Origin: Acidobacteriota bacterium
Lineage (GTDB): Bacteria; Acidobacteriota; UBA6911; JACQSX01
Reading direction: 5' to 3'
DNA length: 34,949 nucleotides
Assembly (NCBI GenBank): GCA_036507075.1
Contig: DASXQR010000196.1
Location: 1 to 34,949 of the forward strand
The position numbers and the translations under genes were made by a program. The notes under the pieces were generated by a model. The model was given only the letters and a program-made list of their open reading frames with translations. It ran no database searches and was not told the DNA's origin. Shown in pieces: positions 17,901-26,480 of the stretch (the stretch's first letter is position 1; each line of letters begins with the position of its first letter).

Positions 17901-18707
17901 GCTCTGCGGCACCAGCGACACGAATCCCTGGCGGCGCACGCCGATGTCTTCGTCGTTGTTGTCCGAGCCGTCGACCGTAAAGTTGTTGCTGCGGCCGCGC
18001 AGTCCGTTTACTGAAAACTGGCCCGCGGTTCCCACGCCGATTCCCACCGCCGGGCCTTGTCCGGTGGAGAACGGCACGCGGAAAACTCCCGCGGAAAGCA
18101 GCGCAAGCTGGTCAAAAGACCGGACGCCTCTGAGCGGCAGGCTCTGAATCAGAGAGTCTTCAAAATTGAAGCGCACCCCCCAGTCAAGCAGCGAAACCAG
18201 CGAAGTGAAACCGGGCTCGCTGAGGAATGCAAGAATCACCGGCGTCGCGCCGGGAGCCGTCATGTCGACGATGGCCGTCTTTGTCTGCTCCCCGCGCAAT
18301 GTGATTTGCTCGGTCCGGGTAAAGACCAGCTTGCGCAGCTCAATCGGAGGAACGACCACCTGGAGCTGGTTCAGGCGAATCAGGATGTCGCTGCGCTCGG
18401 CGCGGTAATAACCTGTGAACTCGGCCGCCACCGAGTAATGTCCGGGCTCAAGCTGCATGAACACGAAATTTCCGCCGCCGTCGGTTTGAAGCTGGCGCTT
18501 CCAGCCCTGATCCAGGTTGAGCAGGGTGACGGAAACTCCCGAGAGCGGGGCGTGCGACTCGACGTCGAAGACATTTCCACTCACCTGGCCGGTGAGGGTA
18601 TCGGCAAAGAGAAAAGCGCCGCCTGCCGCAAAGAAAAAAAGGAAAATAAGGAATGGCGCATAGAACCGCCGTAACCGCGAAGGCGCGAAGGCCGCGAAGG
18701 TTTTCAT
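14928..18707 (-). CDS. TonB-dependent outer-membrane receptor, Oar-like
   Basis: Signal peptide; GQVSGNVFD carboxypeptidase-regulatory-like domain; FSVNGLRGRSNNFTVDGSDNND, ESVQEFQI, AEFGR, FAQDDWK motifs; C-terminal PRSVRLTLKAMF. Confidence 0.93.
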   Translation of the reverse strand: MKTFAAFAPSRLRRFYAPFLIFLFFFAAGGAFLFADTLTGQVSGNVFDVESHAPLSGVSVTLLNLDQGWKRQLQTDGGGNFVFMQLEPGHYSVAAEFTGYYRAERSDILIRLNQLQVVVPPIELRKLVFTRTEQITLRGEQTKTAIVDMTAPGATPVILAFLSEPGFTSLVSLLDWGVRFNFEDSLIQSLPLRGVRSFDQLALLSAGVFRVPFSTGQGPAVGIGVGTAGQFSVNGLRGRSNNFTVDGSDNNDEDIGVRRQGFVSLVPQSIESVQEFQIMTAGFPAEFGRNSASMVNAVSRSGKKDLHGSAYGMLNDDHLNARNFFEQPFTDQANGGTLNGGSFHGKKFAQAQAGGTLGAAIVPNKVFYFLSAEHQRHHGTAMAHFVVPAAGERGLRINPVVEGYSGFVPIDQLGGFLQAPDQFRDVRQGVTGARYSALAGRAVLALYPLPNNPSGPFGPNNYSQVRKTEGTGDAFSAKADWRLAEGLSFAARYNFTNDHSLIPFTSDAINSSLATATRTQNISLFLNGAGTRYGNAFRFSYGRTRLGFPPDRGDPLLFGSAPLPTGNADIDRNFQREIVTPYGRFGPFGASGPVGQLSILPYSTIGIDVFNFPQARVDNTFQLSDFITRSGPAHTLKFGADIRWSQLNSYSDRNSRPLLVFGYGRVSDDCQLNPFCLFATPDGLLRGLELAALGGAAGVLQTISTSNVADTAIGLRFAQYDLFAQDDWKPRKNLTVNFGLRYEYQTVPVEANRRIERTFGLDPAQFPHLQPSGDARNQQIIEGGNLAFDKALRSLNTLISGRTKIYQPDRNNFAPRAGLTWDPFGKGTTAIRAGYSLSYDANLGAVTSQSRNVAPTLVPVNFDPVFRPPDGLVINSPTFFFFVPTRDFLIVPGTLNSFNAPAGGFATALGAIFNQALPGLNEKSNSFAFTLPEKSLKTGYAQHFVLALERQLGRDLLVSAHYIGTRGVHLTRFTTPNGGMISTPRILVRPLPNSPIVLLTILDTSPSRAQRDESGLGAYTVIENSAASVYHSVQLTSEKRFSRGVQFRAYWTWSHSIDQVSDPFDGRGFYSLPQNGARLALERASANFDAQHRVAGYFLWEIPGSARPLLRSWKLAGTMEFQTGQPFTVNTAIDKNEDGNLTDRLNSLEGLVFRPGTARPIQLPSTVSALALTAPLKQDGKVGRNTFRGSGIATIDVSLSRRFALRDHASVDFRAEAFNLFNRTHFAIPVRILESPGFGRVFDTQVNPRSVRLTLKAMF

Positions 18708-18760
18708 TCAGCCGTGTTTTTCCTCAATTGAAGCGATACATCCTGCGCGCCATCGACCGG

Positions 18761-18973
18761 CACGCGAAGCACAGAGCCACGTCCCGCAAGGGCGTGGTGG
18801 GAACCATGTAAGTCGGCGCGTTCCACGCCAGATTCGCCGCCGGGTCCGATGACATTCGCCACACGAGAGCAGGCAAAACTCAACAGGCGAGGCATTACCA
18901 TGCTGTCTGGGCACGAGCCGACTCACGGAATCCCCGCCACGCCCTTGCGGGACGTGGCTCTGTGCTTCGCGTG
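18761..18973. repeat. REP doublet (REPIN-like) with perfect 37-bp arms
   Basis: cacgcgaagcacagagccacgtcccGCAAgggcgtgg at 18761-18797 and its exact reverse complement at 18937-18973. Confidence 0.88.
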
Positions 18974-19021
18974 TCGCTCGGTCGCCCGCACAAAACGCTA
19001 TGGTTAGCGCAAGCCGCCAGG

Positions 19022-22000
19022 CTACCGCTTTTCCCGAGCTTCGCGCAGCGCCTTGCTCTCAGGCAGCCGCGCCCTGCCCGCCTCCAGGAGCTGGCGGCCT
19101 TCGGCACATCGACCCGCCTCGCACAGGATATCGGCCGCCAATATGTAAGCGGCTGCCAGAGTTTCCTCCGCCGTGTCGGGCCGGGAATTCTCCAGCCCCT
19201 GCGTGAGCAGCAAAGCTGCTTCATCGAGTTTTCGCTCGCGCCTTAAAACTTCGGCCAGGGTCCGGCGCGTCACCACATCTCGATAAGCGCTTTCCAAAGG
19301 CGCCAGGTACTCCCGCGCTTTTGCAAGGTCGCCCATCCCTGCGTATGCCGCCGCAAAGATCTCGTGCGCTCTGCGTTCGGGATGGTGTTCGATATCAAAT
19401 TCTTCGATGCGCTTCGGCTCCGGATTGTCCGGCGGAATCATCAGGCTGTCGATAATGGACGGCGGAATGACGCCAAAGATGTACTGTCGCATTGCCGAGT
19501 CCATCAACTCCAGCGCTCCGCGGTAGTCGCGCTCTTCTATGCGCCGCATCGCCCAGGTGTGGATAAGTTGATGGATTCCAAAACTCTCGTTGCGGGAATT
19601 GAAAGCAGTTCCCGCAATTTTTTTGCGGGTCTCCATGTCCAACCCGGCCAGTGCGGAGGCGAACAGGCTCGAAGCTTCCCCCCGCTGGCTGGAGCGCCAC
19701 AGCTCTTCAGCGCGCTGCCGGCTCTTCCAGAATTGGCTGTTCAAAACATCCTTTAAAAGACCGGGGGGAAGCGAGGAGAGATCGGATTCGACCGGATGCT
19801 GCGATTGAAATTCCAGGATGCGGTCTCTCAGCTCCTTGCTTTGAGGGGAGTTTTTCAGCGTCTCCGAGTAAATTGTCCAGGCGCCCCGGTAATCCCGCGA
19901 CTCCTTTTTCTTTTCCGCCGCTTCGATATGGGCGCGGGCCAGCGCCGTCTGCGCCTCCTCGATCGCCTCACGAAGCTCCTGGCGCTGTGAAGCGTCGATG
20001 GAAAGCTTCAGACTCTGGTCGTAAAGAGAAAGGGCTTGAGCATAATTCTTCTGCGCGTAGCGTATCCGGCCGAGGAGAAAGTGCGGCGCTGCGTACCGCG
20101 GGTCAGCCTTGATTGCCATCGCCAGCTCCGATTCCGCCTCCTGGATTTTCCTTTGCAAAACGAACACTTCTGAAAGATTGTAGTGGGCGAAGGGATTGTC
20201 GGGAGCAAGCCGGATTGCCGATCGAAACTCCCGGGCCGCATCGTCCAACTTGCCCTGCTGCTTCAGGAAAAGCCCGTAGCGAACGCGCAAAATCGAATCG
20301 TTCGGGGATGCTTTGAACGCCTGCCTGAAGACCTGTTCTGCCTGCGGGATCTGATTCTGAGACGCGAGGAACGTGGCGTAGGTTTGTAAAACCTCGACGT
20401 TATCGGGGTATCGGCCCGCCAGCGTCGACAGCAGCGATCGTGCCTCCTGCAGCCGTCCCGCTTCCTGCAGCAGCCTGCCGAGGCTGAGCCTGAAGGCCGG
20501 TTCGTCCGGCTCCAGCCGGATCGCCAGTCGAAGCATTTCTTCCGCCTGGGGCCGCCGCTGCAGACGCTGGTAGAGCAGTCCCAGGGTCTGGTAGGCATAC
20601 GCATTGCCCGGATTGACCTCGGTGGCATGGCGAATCTGGCTTTCGGCATCCTGCCACCGGTCCAGCAGGAAATAAACCTGCCCCAGGCCGTGATAAGCGG
20701 CACTGTCCTCTCGATTTACTCGAATCGAATCATTGAAGGCTGTTTCCGCGTCCGTATACCGTCTCTGCTGAAGGTAAATCAACGCCAGCGTGTTTCGCGG
20801 ATAAGACCAGCGCGGTGCCAGCGTGATGGAACGCTGCAGCGGCTCGACGGCGCGGTCCAGCAGGTTCTGTTTCCACAGCGCCAATCCCAGGGCATTGTGC
20901 GCGTAGGCGGCTCCGGGATCGAGCCGGATGGCGCGCTGAAGCTCCGGCACCGCCTGAGCGTATTGGCCGCGCTCGGCCATCGATCTTCCCTTGAAAAAAC
21001 TTTCCTCCGACTGGAGCGAAGGCGCAGGACTGAGAAGCTGCTGCGCGCGGCCGATCAGGTTGGCGCCTTCTTCGAACACCCCGGCATCCCATCGGATGTC
21101 GCCGCCGCGCAGGTACTTGAGAATGATCCGCTGAGCCTTGTTTCCCATGGCGACCACCACTTCTCTGCTCAGCTTCTCCTGCAGTTGCGGAGAAACGGCG
21201 GCCTGAAGGCGCTGGTAGTGGTCCCATGCCGAATCTCCGGCTGGAGCGACCAATCGTTCCTCCCAAAGGGCCAGATAGAAACGACGGTATGTCTCGGCCA
21301 GGTTCGCGGGCACGTCTGGAGGAACAGCCAGTTGCGACGGCGGCCGCTGCACGGCGGCCACTGCGCGCAATTCGCCGCTCTGCACATCAAATTCCTGGGG
21401 GCCGGAGAACAATTTCACTCGAAACCGGCGTTCGTGTTCGGGCGATTCGACCAGTGTCAGGTTGTGCGGGCCGGGAGAAAGACCCTGGACCTGCAGGAAA
21501 CGATCGTTCCCTTCGCTGTTGCCGAAGTAATTTCCGTCCACGTATACGCCGGTCCCCGAGCCCAGTTTGAGAAGCACCGTAGCATCCTCGGAAGGAGCGC
21601 CGGGAGTTGCGGGGTTCTGCAACGCAACCGCTGCTATCGACGTCACGGCAAGGGGCGCAGCTCTTGCAACGGCCAGGCTGCGGGTGTTTTGGGCCGGGAC
21701 CACGCGACTGTAGCTCCAAAAAACTAATTTATCGGAGCCGAGGCGCGGAAGCGCCCGGCCCAGGGATGTGGAATCTGGCTTCAACTGCATCCGACTGGCA
21801 GGCATCATCCACATCCCTGGGCCGGGCGCTTCCGCGCCTCGGCTCCGACGTGGGTTTTTCAACAGCCGGCCGGTGTCGGTTGCAAATACCCGGCCGACCT
21901 GGCTGGCGGCCAGGTCGAGCGTGTTCTTGCCGGTTGCCAGATTGACCATACGATTATGGCTGCGGTTTTCTGCGTCGAAAAACCGGAGCTCCAGCCGCCC

Positions 22001-23029
22001 CGGCATGAGAGATCCGATCTGCACCAGGTTGCGATCGCGCGGCAACTGGCGCACCGCTGTCGATGTCGTCTTTGGGTCGGTCCACTGCACGCGCGAGTAA
22101 GGGGACTTGTCTGCGTTGCGTATTTCCAGCACCGCGCCGCCGCCGGCGACCATCGGTGGAGGGCCCGGCCTGTCCAGGAATGCCAGTGGAAGCGCCGGAT
22201 CGAAATTGTCGTTGGACACGGGATGCTGCGCGTTGTTGGTCAACTCCTGGACGGTCTTTTTCACATATTCGACTGTCTTTTGAGACGTGACTATGATCTC
22301 GCCTTGAGCAACCGCCCTTCCGTTGAGTGCTTCCATCAGGGCGTGGGTGAAAATGCCGCGGCCCAGTGTGTCCGATTCCAGCGAAGCTTCAGCCGGCCGG
22401 CTTGCCAGCAGGTTCAGGAATGTCGCCGGATCGCCGACCTTCACCTTGCGCAGCGACTCGTTTATGAAATTCTGCTCGGGTCGGATGTGGCCGGCGTGGC
22501 ACATGTCGGTTATCAGGATCCGCCGCGCCGCTCGCGCCGGTCTCTTTTCGATCAGGTCCTTCAACTGAAGAAAATTAATGCATGTCGAAGACGGCTCGTC
22601 CAGATTCCCATCGCTGGGAACGAAGGATCCAACCTCATCCTCATCTACAAATCCGTGGCCTGCCAGGTAAATGTAAACTGTCTCGGTTCCTTTGAGCTTC
22701 CCCTTGAACCACCAGTCCAATGCATGGAGGATTGATGCTTTGGTCGCCTGGTCCTCAGTCAGGGTGAGGATACTCTCTGCGGCTGCGTTGCCCCCTCGTG
22801 GGCTGATGAGAAAGTCGCTGAACGCCTGGGCATCGAGGGCGGCGAATTGAAGCGGTTCCACGTGGCTGTAGTTGGAAATGCCGACAATCAGGGCGCGAAC
22901 GTTCTGATTTGCGCCTGGCTCGGGAGCGGGAGCGGTTGCCTGACCGCCAAAGGCGATGGCAGCGGCTGCCGCCAGCGCAAGAATGTGACGAAGAATACCG
23001 CGCCGCGCGCGCAAGCGTGGATTATTCAT
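19022..23029 (-). CDS. Exported caspase-like peptidase C14 with PEGA-like domain and long TPR array
   Basis: ALIVGISNY, DAQAF, YLAGHG (His), ITDMCHAG (Cys) and GIFTHALMEALNG; VYVDG..G PEGA-like segment; more than 10 TPR-like units. Likely start ATG at 23029 (SD AGGGG, then MNNPRLRARRGILRHILALAAAAAIAFGG). The ORF track extends the frame to 23110. Confidence 0.9.
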   Translation of the reverse strand: MNNPRLRARRGILRHILALAAAAAIAFGGQATAPAPEPGANQNVRALIVGISNYSHVEPLQFAALDAQAFSDFLISPRGGNAAAESILTLTEDQATKASILHALDWWFKGKLKGTETVYIYLAGHGFVDEDEVGSFVPSDGNLDEPSSTCINFLQLKDLIEKRPARAARRILITDMCHAGHIRPEQNFINESLRKVKVGDPATFLNLLASRPAEASLESDTLGRGIFTHALMEALNGRAVAQGEIIVTSQKTVEYVKKTVQELTNNAQHPVSNDNFDPALPLAFLDRPGPPPMVAGGGAVLEIRNADKSPYSRVQWTDPKTTSTAVRQLPRDRNLVQIGSLMPGRLELRFFDAENRSHNRMVNLATGKNTLDLAASQVGRVFATDTGRLLKNPRRSRGAEAPGPGMWMMPASRMQLKPDSTSLGRALPRLGSDKLVFWSYSRVVPAQNTRSLAVARAAPLAVTSIAAVALQNPATPGAPSEDATVLLKLGSGTGVYVDGNYFGNSEGNDRFLQVQGLSPGPHNLTLVESPEHERRFRVKLFSGPQEFDVQSGELRAVAAVQRPPSQLAVPPDVPANLAETYRRFYLALWEERLVAPAGDSAWDHYQRLQAAVSPQLQEKLSREVVVAMGNKAQRIILKYLRGGDIRWDAGVFEEGANLIGRAQQLLSPAPSLQSEESFFKGRSMAERGQYAQAVPELQRAIRLDPGAAYAHNALGLALWKQNLLDRAVEPLQRSITLAPRWSYPRNTLALIYLQQRRYTDAETAFNDSIRVNREDSAAYHGLGQVYFLLDRWQDAESQIRHATEVNPGNAYAYQTLGLLYQRLQRRPQAEEMLRLAIRLEPDEPAFRLSLGRLLQEAGRLQEARSLLSTLAGRYPDNVEVLQTYATFLASQNQIPQAEQVFRQAFKASPNDSILRVRYGLFLKQQGKLDDAAREFRSAIRLAPDNPFAHYNLSEVFVLQRKIQEAESELAMAIKADPRYAAPHFLLGRIRYAQKNYAQALSLYDQSLKLSIDASQRQELREAIEEAQTALARAHIEAAEKKKESRDYRGAWTIYSETLKNSPQSKELRDRILEFQSQHPVESDLSSLPPGLLKDVLNSQFWKSRQRAEELWRSSQRGEASSLFASALAGLDMETRKKIAGTAFNSRNESFGIHQLIHTWAMRRIEERDYRGALELMDSAMRQYIFGVIPPSIIDSLMIPPDNPEPKRIEEFDIEHHPERRAHEIFAAAYAGMGDLAKAREYLAPLESAYRDVVTRRTLAEVLRRERKLDEAALLLTQGLENSRPDTAEETLAAAYILAADILCEAGRCAEGRQLLEAGRARLPESKALREAREKR
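21732..21848. repeat. Intragenic in-frame REP doublet with perfect 41-bp arms
   Basis: tcggagccgaggcgcGGAAgcgcccggcccagggatgtgga at 21732-21772 and its exact reverse complement at 21808-21848; 117 nt in total. Confidence 0.92.
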
Positions 23030-23146
23030 CGCCGCGTCCCCTGCGTCCCGCCTCGCCGGCGGCATCGCGCGCGAAAAGCCGCGCCCATTGCCGCCGGCCA
23101 TATTCTTCAAACCCTTCGGGTTTCAGCGAATTCATGCATGGTCCTG

Positions 23147-23235
23147 GTAAGCAATCGGACCGACCGGAGAAACTCGACCTGCCATTGCTAAAAGATTGCC
23201 TTGGGAGAGTCCGCTTGCTCACGCGCGCGGCTCGG
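23147..23235. repeat. Degenerate REP doublet of the GAGCCGCGCGCGTAAGCAAGCGG family
   Basis: Right arm gtccgcttgctcacgcgcgcggctcgg is nearly identical to 26951-26977. Left arm is truncated (gtaagcaatcggac). Confidence 0.7.
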
Positions 23236-23319
23236 ATGTTTTCAAAGGCTTGCTCTTTTTTCACCCATCCCGTAACTTGCCACCCGAAACTCGGAAGCGC
23301 GCAAATCAGGAGGCGCGGA

Positions 23320-26300
23320 TCATTTCCCGGACTTGAAGTTGACCACCGTCATTCCAATATCCGCGCGCCCGCCGCGATGCAGCACCGCGCAGTTTAATGT
23401 TCCGGCAGGCAGCGGCGGCGCAATGAAGGTGAATTGCGTCGTGCCGGTGAGCGTTACGTTCGAGATCACCCGGTTGCCAATCACGCACGAGGTATCGGGC
23501 GCCAGGTTTCTGCCCGTGACGGTCACCCTGTCTCCCCCGGTAGTGCCGATCTGGCCGGGGCTGATACCTGTGACGGTGGGCGCCGCATAACGCATTTCCT
23601 GGCCCACTCGTCCGCTTTCTGCCACCAGCACCCTGCCAACCTGGTTGATCATCATCCCTTTGGGAGAAGAAAAACTGTTCGGCTCGGCCGACAACGTCAC
23701 CGCGCCCGTGCGGAGCAGCGTCTTGACCCGGCCGGCCGAGGGTTCGCTGATATAGATATTGCTAAACGAATCGACCACGACACCGGTGGGTGAAGAGAAG
23801 GAAAGCCGGCTGGTGGCATGGGAGCCATCCCCGGGACCCGGAGCGGCATAAAAAGCGGAGCCGGCGCTTCTCGCCAGCAGCAACAGGAGGTCGGTGAGAG
23901 CGCGATGTTCGGACGAATTGATCTGGCCGCCGTCTTCCGGACGTTCTTTGAAGTTGATTCCCCCGATGGTTTCCACCAGACCATTGTCCCTGACTCTGCG
24001 AATCGCGCCATTGCCGGTATCTGCCACGATCATGCTTACGAAGTCACGCACCGTCCCGGAGAGCTGTTGCGCAATCGACTCGGTTTCAAACGCGATGCCG
24101 ACCGGAGAATTGAAGCGCGCCTGGTCGCCGGTGCCGTCAGCCAATCCGGGTGTTCCCGGTCTGCCGGCAATCGTCTGCACCGTCCGTGTAAGAAGATTCA
24201 TGCGCCGGATGGTGTGGTTGCCTGAATCGACGATCCACAGGAAGCCGCGATTGTCGAGCGCAAGCCCCTGGGGATTATTGAATGCCGACTGCGCGGCGGC
24301 GCCGTCGCTGGAGCCCGTTTGACCCGTTCCCGCTGCCGTTTCCACCGCGCCAAAAGGGAGCGGTTGAGGCTTGATGCGGCGAATCCTGTGATTTCCAGAA
24401 TCGGCCACATAAACGCTTGCTTCGGGTGGGTTGAATGCCAGAAAAGCCGGACTGTTAAACAGTGACTTCAAACGCTCGTCGTCGCGAAAGCCGGCAGATT
24501 GATTCACTCCCGCAAAAATCTGTGGAGGCTGCGCAATGGCCGGCGTCTGGAGAATCGTGTGGTTGCGCGTGTTTGACAGAAACAGGTTCTGGGCGGAGTC
24601 CTGCGTCAAGCTGGTAATCTCGAACCCCGAAATGCCCGCATTGAGTGTAGTGACTGTGACCGTTGCCGCCTTGACTATTGTGCCCTGGGTAATGATGAGG
24701 CTCGAGTATCCGCGCCTCTGTCCAAAAATAGTGTTGGATGAATCGAGGAATATGACGTCGATGTTGTCGATTTTGAAAGTGAAAGTAAAATCGTCGCGCA
24801 GCACTCCGTCGCTGTCGATTACCATTGGATTGAGCGGAATCGACCCGCCTTCATTCACTACGATTTCACTGCCCGTCGGATTGGAAGGATCGAGAATGAT
24901 GTCGCGCGCTGTCGCGTTGTTGCCGGGCCGGAGCTGCAGCACCCCGCCCGCAAAGACACGGAACTGAAATTCATTTCCAGTCCTGCCCGCAAACGGCAGA
25001 ACCAAAGCGGCCCCGCTGGACTGTACGAATACCACCCTGCCGGTCACCGGTTTGTTCTTGTCCGGGCTGATGAAAATGAGAAGGGTGGAAAATCCTCCGC
25101 CGAAGCCGATCTGGGGAAACACGACAATGGTGGAGCGGATCGGCCGGGTCAAATCAGCCACCGGCAATGTTGTCAGAATCGGATGGCCTCTTGTGTTTGT
25201 GGTCAACTTCAGCGTTACCGGCACCACGGCGTCGGGACAGGTAATTTCTATGCAGCCGACAAACCCGGCGGGCAGGCTGGTGAAGATGTTCTCGGCGAAC
25301 AATGCCAGTTGACCGCGCGCGGGAAGAGCAATGCTGCGCTTTTCCAGGGAAATGCCGCTGCGGTCGATCAGCTCGAATGTCACCGTTGTGGCGGCGTTGC
25401 CGGCATTGGCTATGGCGACGCCGGTCTGCGTGTTTATAGTGTCGACGAAGATCCGTGCCGACTTGGTCGCCGGCGTGGAAGCGACGCCCGCCTCGGACAA
25501 CAGCCTGTTGTCCTGGCTGCGGTACTGAAAAATCGCGCTTCCCGAGGGCGTGTCCGTCCCCTGGTCGAGAGTGACCACGGCGTAACCGATCGCTACTCCG
25601 GAAAGGCTTGTCAACTGGGCGCGGAACACGCCGTTTGGTTCGATCTGGAAGGGAAACTCCGATGCAGTAACCCCTGAAATCTGCAGCCGAAGCGGGCTGC
25701 CGTCCTGGGCGAAGAAAGTGATGCGCCCCACTGAGCGCTGGGCGCTGCGGCTGATCAGCACAAGCTGTGTTGACAGGCCCAGGTTCCCGATCAGACCCGC
25801 GCCGAGGTGCGGGAAAACAACCGGCAGCGTGCTGGCCGGCGCGGAGAGATCCACCACCGGCAAAGTGGCAAAAATTGATTCGCCTGCGATATTGGTATTC
25901 TGGCGGATCGTGATGGCGCCGACCTTCTGGCCCGCCTGGCCGGTGGAAAACGAGAGACTTCCCACAAAATTAGGAGGCAGCGATCCGAACAGCTCCGATA
26001 CAAAACGCGGGCTGTGCTGCCCGGGGCTGAATACTTCCTCCTTGCGATTGACCTCCACGCCGGAGGCATTTCTGAGAATGAAGGTTACTCGAATCGTATC
26101 AATCGAAAAGTTCGCAATGGCGATGGCGGTGCTGGTTCCCTGCTGGTCGACAAAAATGGTGCCCGCGGAAATCGGCTCAACCGCGCCTACGCCCGCCTGG
26201 GAAACCAAAACGCCGGCAGAATTAGTGAAGGTGAACAAGGCCGTCCCCACCGGAAGCACGCTGAAAAGATCACTGGTGATGACGGCGTATCCGGTCTGGG

Positions 26301-26427
26301 GCTGCGCCTGCGAATAGGCCCGGAAGAAGAAGCCCCAGGCGTAGAATCCCAACACGGCCAGTGCTATGAGCGGAAGCCGTATGGCTCGCAAAAATCGTTT
26401 GGCGCGATAAAAGAGTGTCTCTTTCAT
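23320..26427 (-). CDS. Secreted or surface protein with two tandem beta-rich domains, Ig-like domain, NHL repeats and C-terminal IPT/TIG domain
   Basis: N-terminal signal or TM segment; duplicated GYAV(I/V)T...AGV...TLPV.DL...VVFP unit; NHL repeats (VYVADSGNHRIRRI, FNNPQGLALD, FNSPVGIA); PTVTGISP..G.T.GG..VTVTG.N IPT motif. Confidence 0.85.
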   Translation of the reverse strand: MKETLFYRAKRFLRAIRLPLIALAVLGFYAWGFFFRAYSQAQPQTGYAVITSDLFSVLPVGTALFTFTNSAGVLVSQAGVGAVEPISAGTIFVDQQGTSTAIAIANFSIDTIRVTFILRNASGVEVNRKEEVFSPGQHSPRFVSELFGSLPPNFVGSLSFSTGQAGQKVGAITIRQNTNIAGESIFATLPVVDLSAPASTLPVVFPHLGAGLIGNLGLSTQLVLISRSAQRSVGRITFFAQDGSPLRLQISGVTASEFPFQIEPNGVFRAQLTSLSGVAIGYAVVTLDQGTDTPSGSAIFQYRSQDNRLLSEAGVASTPATKSARIFVDTINTQTGVAIANAGNAATTVTFELIDRSGISLEKRSIALPARGQLALFAENIFTSLPAGFVGCIEITCPDAVVPVTLKLTTNTRGHPILTTLPVADLTRPIRSTIVVFPQIGFGGGFSTLLIFISPDKNKPVTGRVVFVQSSGAALVLPFAGRTGNEFQFRVFAGGVLQLRPGNNATARDIILDPSNPTGSEIVVNEGGSIPLNPMVIDSDGVLRDDFTFTFKIDNIDVIFLDSSNTIFGQRRGYSSLIITQGTIVKAATVTVTTLNAGISGFEITSLTQDSAQNLFLSNTRNHTILQTPAIAQPPQIFAGVNQSAGFRDDERLKSLFNSPAFLAFNPPEASVYVADSGNHRIRRIKPQPLPFGAVETAAGTGQTGSSDGAAAQSAFNNPQGLALDNRGFLWIVDSGNHTIRRMNLLTRTVQTIAGRPGTPGLADGTGDQARFNSPVGIAFETESIAQQLSGTVRDFVSMIVADTGNGAIRRVRDNGLVETIGGINFKERPEDGGQINSSEHRALTDLLLLLARSAGSAFYAAPGPGDGSHATSRLSFSSPTGVVVDSFSNIYISEPSAGRVKTLLRTGAVTLSAEPNSFSSPKGMMINQVGRVLVAESGRVGQEMRYAAPTVTGISPGQIGTTGGDRVTVTGRNLAPDTSCVIGNRVISNVTLTGTTQFTFIAPPLPAGTLNCAVLHRGGRADIGMTVVNFKSGK

Positions 26428-26480
26428 ACTTTGGAGTGAAATCTATTTCATCATATCAGGCAACAAAGACTCAAATCGAT

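Noticed and set aside
20627..21727. Long antisense ORFs (366 aa here; also 6676-7518, 8757-9617, 28483-29319, 29754-30608, 33108-33854)
   Set aside because: They lie opposite well-supported genes, have no motifs, and are expected shadows of GC-rich codon usage.
21732..21848. Intein or self-splicing intron in the caspase gene
   Set aside because: Too short, no Cys/Ser start or His-Asn end, and no group I or II intron features; it matches the REP-doublet pattern.
23800..23960. Extra segment within the NHL repeats as another inserted palindrome
   Set aside because: No inverted repeat or match to the repeat families was visible; it is probably a protein loop.
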